Shown here: piece after piece, positions 35,338-38,467 of the stretch | Layout of the letters: each line of letters starts with the position of its first letter | Position numbering within the stretch: position 1 is the stretch's first letter | NCBI GenBank assembly: GCA_002698665.1 | Contig: NZZP01000003.1 | Location: forward strand, 1 to 38,467 | Direction of reading: 5' to 3' | DNA from: Gammaproteobacteria bacterium | Lineage (GTDB): Bacteria; Pseudomonadota; Gammaproteobacteria; GCA-002705445; GCA-002716945 | Length of the DNA stretch: 38,467 nucleotides | Program-made: the position numbers and the translations under genes | The notes under the pieces: model-generated | Told to the model about the DNA's origin: nothing | What the model saw: only the letters and a program-made list of their open reading frames with translations | Databases searched by the model: none

Positions 35338-38178
35338 ATGAAAAAGAATATTTTTGTCAAAGGCGCAAGGACACATAATCTAAAAAATATAAATGTAGAA
35401 ATACCCCGGAATAAACTTGTAACAATTACAGGATTATCAGGATCTGGGAAATCATCTCTAGCTTTTGATACTATTTTTGCTGAAGGCCAAAGAAGGTACA
35501 TGGAGTCATTATCATCCTATGCCAGACAATTTCTTTCGATGATGGATAAACCTGATGTCGATGTAATAGAGGGTCTTTCACCAGCTATATCCATTGAACA
35601 AAAATCATCGTCACACAATCCTAGATCTACAGTAGGAACAGTTACAGAGATATATGACTATCTCAGATTATTGTATGCAAGAATTGGAATACCAAAGTGC
35701 CCAGAACATCAAATAGAACTTAAAGCAATGTCTGTGGATGATATGGCTAGAAGTATTTTTGAAAAATATAGTGATGCAAATATAATGATTCTAGCTCCTA
35801 TTGTGAAGAATCAAAAAGGTGAGCATATAAAACTACTAGAGAGCTTATCTCAACAAGGATATAGAAGGGTTAGAATAAATGATGAAATTATTGAAATTAT
35901 AGATATAACAAAAAACTTACTTAATCCGAAAGCAAAAAATAATATTGAACTTGTAATTGATAGATTGAAAGTATCAGAAGAGAATAAATTAAGAATAACA
36001 GAATCTATAGAAACAGCATCAAATGTCTCTAATGGGATAGTCTGTATTTATGATGCCAAGTCAAAAAAATTATCTGATACTTTTTCTACCAAACATTCTT
36101 GTCCAGTATGCGGTTTTTCAGTTTCAGAATTAGAGCCTAAACTTTTTTCATTCAATAGTCCGGCTGGAGCATGTGAAGCTTGTGATGGATTGGGTGTAAA
36201 AGAATATTTTGATCCTAATAAAATTATTGTTAATCAGGAATTAAGTCTATCAAAAGGAGCAATATATGGATGGGATGAGAAGAGCGCTTATTACAACCTG
36301 TTATTAAAAAGCTTATCTGAACATTATAAAGTTAATATAGACACTCCTTACCATAAATTATCTGAGAAATTTAAAAAAATATTATTTTTTGGTAGCGGCG
36401 ATGAAGTTATTAAGATGAAATATGTCAGAGGTTATAGAAAACGTGATCAAAGTGACTATGTGATTAAAGAGGAAATATGGGAAGGTGTCATAAAAAAATA
36501 TGAAAAACAATATGAGAATGGTTCTTACTCAACTAGGGATAGATTAGCTAAATACCTCAGTACAGATACATGTTCTGAGTGCTCCGGAACAAGATTAAAT
36601 GAAAAAAGCCGAAATGTAATAATATCTAATAAATCTATTAGTGACATCACATCACTAACTACAGAAGAGTGTTATGGATTTTTTAAAAACCTTAAATTAG
36701 AAGGGATGAAAAAAGAAATATCTAAAAAAATTATATTTGAGATTACAAGCAGACTGAGCTTTCTTGTAAATGTAGGATTGAATTATCTTACATTAGATAG
36801 AAGCGCTGAGACACTCTCTGGCGGAGAAGCTCAAAGAATAAGATTAGCAAGTCAAATAGGGTCTGGGTTGGTTGGTGTGATGTATATTCTAGATGAACCT
36901 TCAATTGGTCTTCATCAAAGGGATAATGATAAGTTGCTTCAAACTTTAGCTAATTTAAGGGAATTAGGTAATACAGTAATCGTTGTAGAGCATGATGAGG
37001 ACACAATACTTTCTTCAGACTATGTGGTTGATGTTGGACCAGGAGCGGGAAATCATGGAGGTCAAATTGTCTACTCTGGAATTCCTTCCAGTCTAACAAC
37101 AGCTAAAAATTCTCTAACTGGTGAGTATATTTCAGGTAAAAAATATATACCTGTACCGAAACATCGTACAAAGGCATCGAAGCAAAGAACATTGAAGATA
37201 TTTAATGCTACACATAACAATTTGAAAAATATTGATGTAGAGATTCCTATTGGTTTAATGACGTGTGTTACAGGTGTTTCTGGTTCAGGCAAATCAAGTT
37301 TGATAAATAATGTTTTATTTACATATATAGTTAATGATTTCCTTGGCAAAGATAATTCGCAATCTGGATGTAAACATATAACTGGTTTAGAGCATATAGA
37401 TAAAATCATTGAGATTGATCAAAGCCCAATAGGCAGGACTCCTCGATCAAATCCAGCAACATACACTGGAATTTTCTCACATATAAGAGATTTATTTACT
37501 CAGACACAAGAGGCAAGAGCGAGAGGATATAAAGCAGGAAGGTTCAGTTTTAATGTAAAGGGTGGTAGGTGTGATGCTTGTGATGGAGATGGTGTTATAA
37601 GAGTTGAAATGCATTTCTTATCCGATGTATATGTCAAATGCGATAAATGCGATGGAAAAAGATATAATGATCAAACACTGGAAATCCTTTTCAAAGGAAA
37701 AAATATAAATGATGTATTAAACTTTACTGTGAGTGAAGCATTAGAGTTCTTTGAAAATATTCCAATAATAAGTAAAAAACTTGAAATTTTAGATGAGGTT
37801 GGTCTGTCCTATATAAAATTAGGACAAAATGCTACAACATTATCCGGCGGGGAAGCCCAAAGAATAAAACTTGCCAAAGAACTCATAAAAAGAGATACCG
37901 GTAAAACGTTATATGTATTAGATGAACCTACAACCGGTTTGCACTTTCATGATGTATACAAATTACTTCAAGTACTAGATAAACTAAAAAGTAGAGGAAA
38001 TACATTAATTGTAATTGAACATAATTTGGAAGTAATAAAAACTGCAGACTGGATTATAGATTTAGGTCCTGAAGGTGGTATCAATGGGGGTGCTATAGTA
38101 ACTGAAGGCACACCAGAGTATATAGCACAACAAAAAAAATCACATACTGGTAGATTTTTAAAAACTAAACTAAAATAA
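35338..38178 (+). CDS. uvrA: Excinuclease ABC subunit A
   Basis: GARTHNLKN, two [10 protein letters not shown] P-loops, two LSGGEAQRI signatures, Cys zinc-finger motifs. Confidence 0.99.
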   Translation: MKKNIFVKGARTHNLKNINVEIPRNKLVTITGLSGSGKSSLAFDTIFAEGQRRYMESLSSYARQFLSMMDKPDVDVIEGLSPAISIEQKSSSHNPRSTVGTVTEIYDYLRLLYARIGIPKCPEHQIELKAMSVDDMARSIFEKYSDANIMILAPIVKNQKGEHIKLLESLSQQGYRRVRINDEIIEIIDITKNLLNPKAKNNIELVIDRLKVSEENKLRITESIETASNVSNGIVCIYDAKSKKLSDTFSTKHSCPVCGFSVSELEPKLFSFNSPAGACEACDGLGVKEYFDPNKIIVNQELSLSKGAIYGWDEKSAYYNLLLKSLSEHYKVNIDTPYHKLSEKFKKILFFGSGDEVIKMKYVRGYRKRDQSDYVIKEEIWEGVIKKYEKQYENGSYSTRDRLAKYLSTDTCSECSGTRLNEKSRNVIISNKSISDITSLTTEECYGFFKNLKLEGMKKEISKKIIFEITSRLSFLVNVGLNYLTLDRSAETLSGGEAQRIRLASQIGSGLVGVMYILDEPSIGLHQRDNDKLLQTLANLRELGNTVIVVEHDEDTILSSDYVVDVGPGAGNHGGQIVYSGIPSSLTTAKNSLTGEYISGKKYIPVPKHRTKASKQRTLKIFNATHNNLKNIDVEIPIGLMTCVTGVSGSGKSSLINNVLFTYIVNDFLGKDNSQSGCKHITGLEHIDKIIEIDQSPIGRTPRSNPATYTGIFSHIRDLFTQTQEARARGYKAGRFSFNVKGGRCDACDGDGVIRVEMHFLSDVYVKCDKCDGKRYNDQTLEILFKGKNINDVLNFTVSEALEFFENIPIISKKLEILDEVGLSYIKLGQNATTLSGGEAQRIKLAKELIKRDTGKTLYVLDEPTTGLHFHDVYKLLQVLDKLKSRGNTLIVIEHNLEVIKTADWIIDLGPEGGINGGAIVTEGTPEYIAQQKKSHTGRFLKTKLK

Positions 38179-38183
38179 GGTTA

Positions 38184-38467
38184 TTATTTCTTGATTAATT
38201 CTACAAATGCTTGAGGTGAGGCATCACCTAAATTATATCCATATTTTAAAATCCTTAAATAACCACCCGGAGAATCTTTGAATCTTGGGCCTAGGTCCTC
38301 AAACAACTTTTTTACGAGCTTCTTATTTCTAATCTTAGAATATGCAAGTCTTCTTCTCATCAAGGAATCAGTTTTAGCTAATGTAATTAAAGGCTCCGCA
38401 TATCTTCTTAGTTCTTTAGCCTTTGGAAGAGAAGTCTTAATTTTTTCAAATTCTAGTAACGAGAGCG
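38184..38467 (-). CDS. rplQ: 50S ribosomal protein L17, 3' part (5' end outside window)
   Basis: My translation: ...[25 protein letters not shown]...LF..LGPRF...PGGYLRILK...[14 protein letters not shown]. Not in the ORF track. Confidence 0.96.
   Translation of the reverse strand, partial: LSLLEFEKIKTSLPKAKELRRYAEPLITLAKTDSLMRRRLAYSKIRNKKLVKKLFEDLGPRFKDSPGGYLRILKYGYNLGDASPQAFVELIKK

Noticed and set aside
842-37409. Other short (60-112 aa) ORFs nested in or antisense to called genes, e.g. 3486-3803, 9438-9641, 23895-24114, 33867-34127, 37071-37409
   Set aside because: They overlap confidently identified genes and show no recognisable motifs.
1-38467. CRISPR arrays, tRNA/rRNA, IS elements, prophage or defence genes, phase-variable tracts
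   Set aside because: None seen. Intergenic gaps are all under ~150 nt with no repeat-spacer or cloverleaf pattern, and A/T runs are in frame and expected at this composition.

Overview
This is a very AT-rich, tightly packed bacterial chromosome segment. Gene order suggests a streamlined gammaproteobacterium, possibly marine (inference). In order it carries: a degenerate tandem methyltransferase-like ORF, an AGCS Na+/alanine-glycine symporter, nadC, and a 10-gene Mrp-type cation/H+ antiporter cluster (E-F-G-DUF4040-B-C, three large antiporter-like subunits, a 72-aa membrane protein). Next is the minus-strand run holA-proA-nadD-rsfS-yhdP-nit-tldD-pmbA. A ~6 kb block separates lptE from holA: beta-hydroxyacid dehydrogenase, Irr/PerR-like regulator, rubrerythrin-FeS oxidoreductase-DUF3501, pyrD, a hypothetical and an MBL hydrolase. 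Then come ssb-miaB-phoH-ybeY-corC-lnt-leuS-lptE, a small membrane protein, uvrA and the 3' part of rplQ. I saw no rRNA, tRNA, CRISPR array or mobile element. Best leads: (1) a readable regulatory circuit at the rubrerythrin operon, with a TTGACA-17-TAGAAT promoter whose -10 lies inside an ICE/Per-box palindrome, a separate Fur box, an internal terminator and an adjacent Irr/PerR-like gene; (2) an MBH-ordered Mrp complex with three antiporter-like subunits and no redox module; (3) two genes, including nadD, whose conserved N-termini can only be made from ATT/ATA starts. All family calls come from motif recognition by eye; no searches were run.
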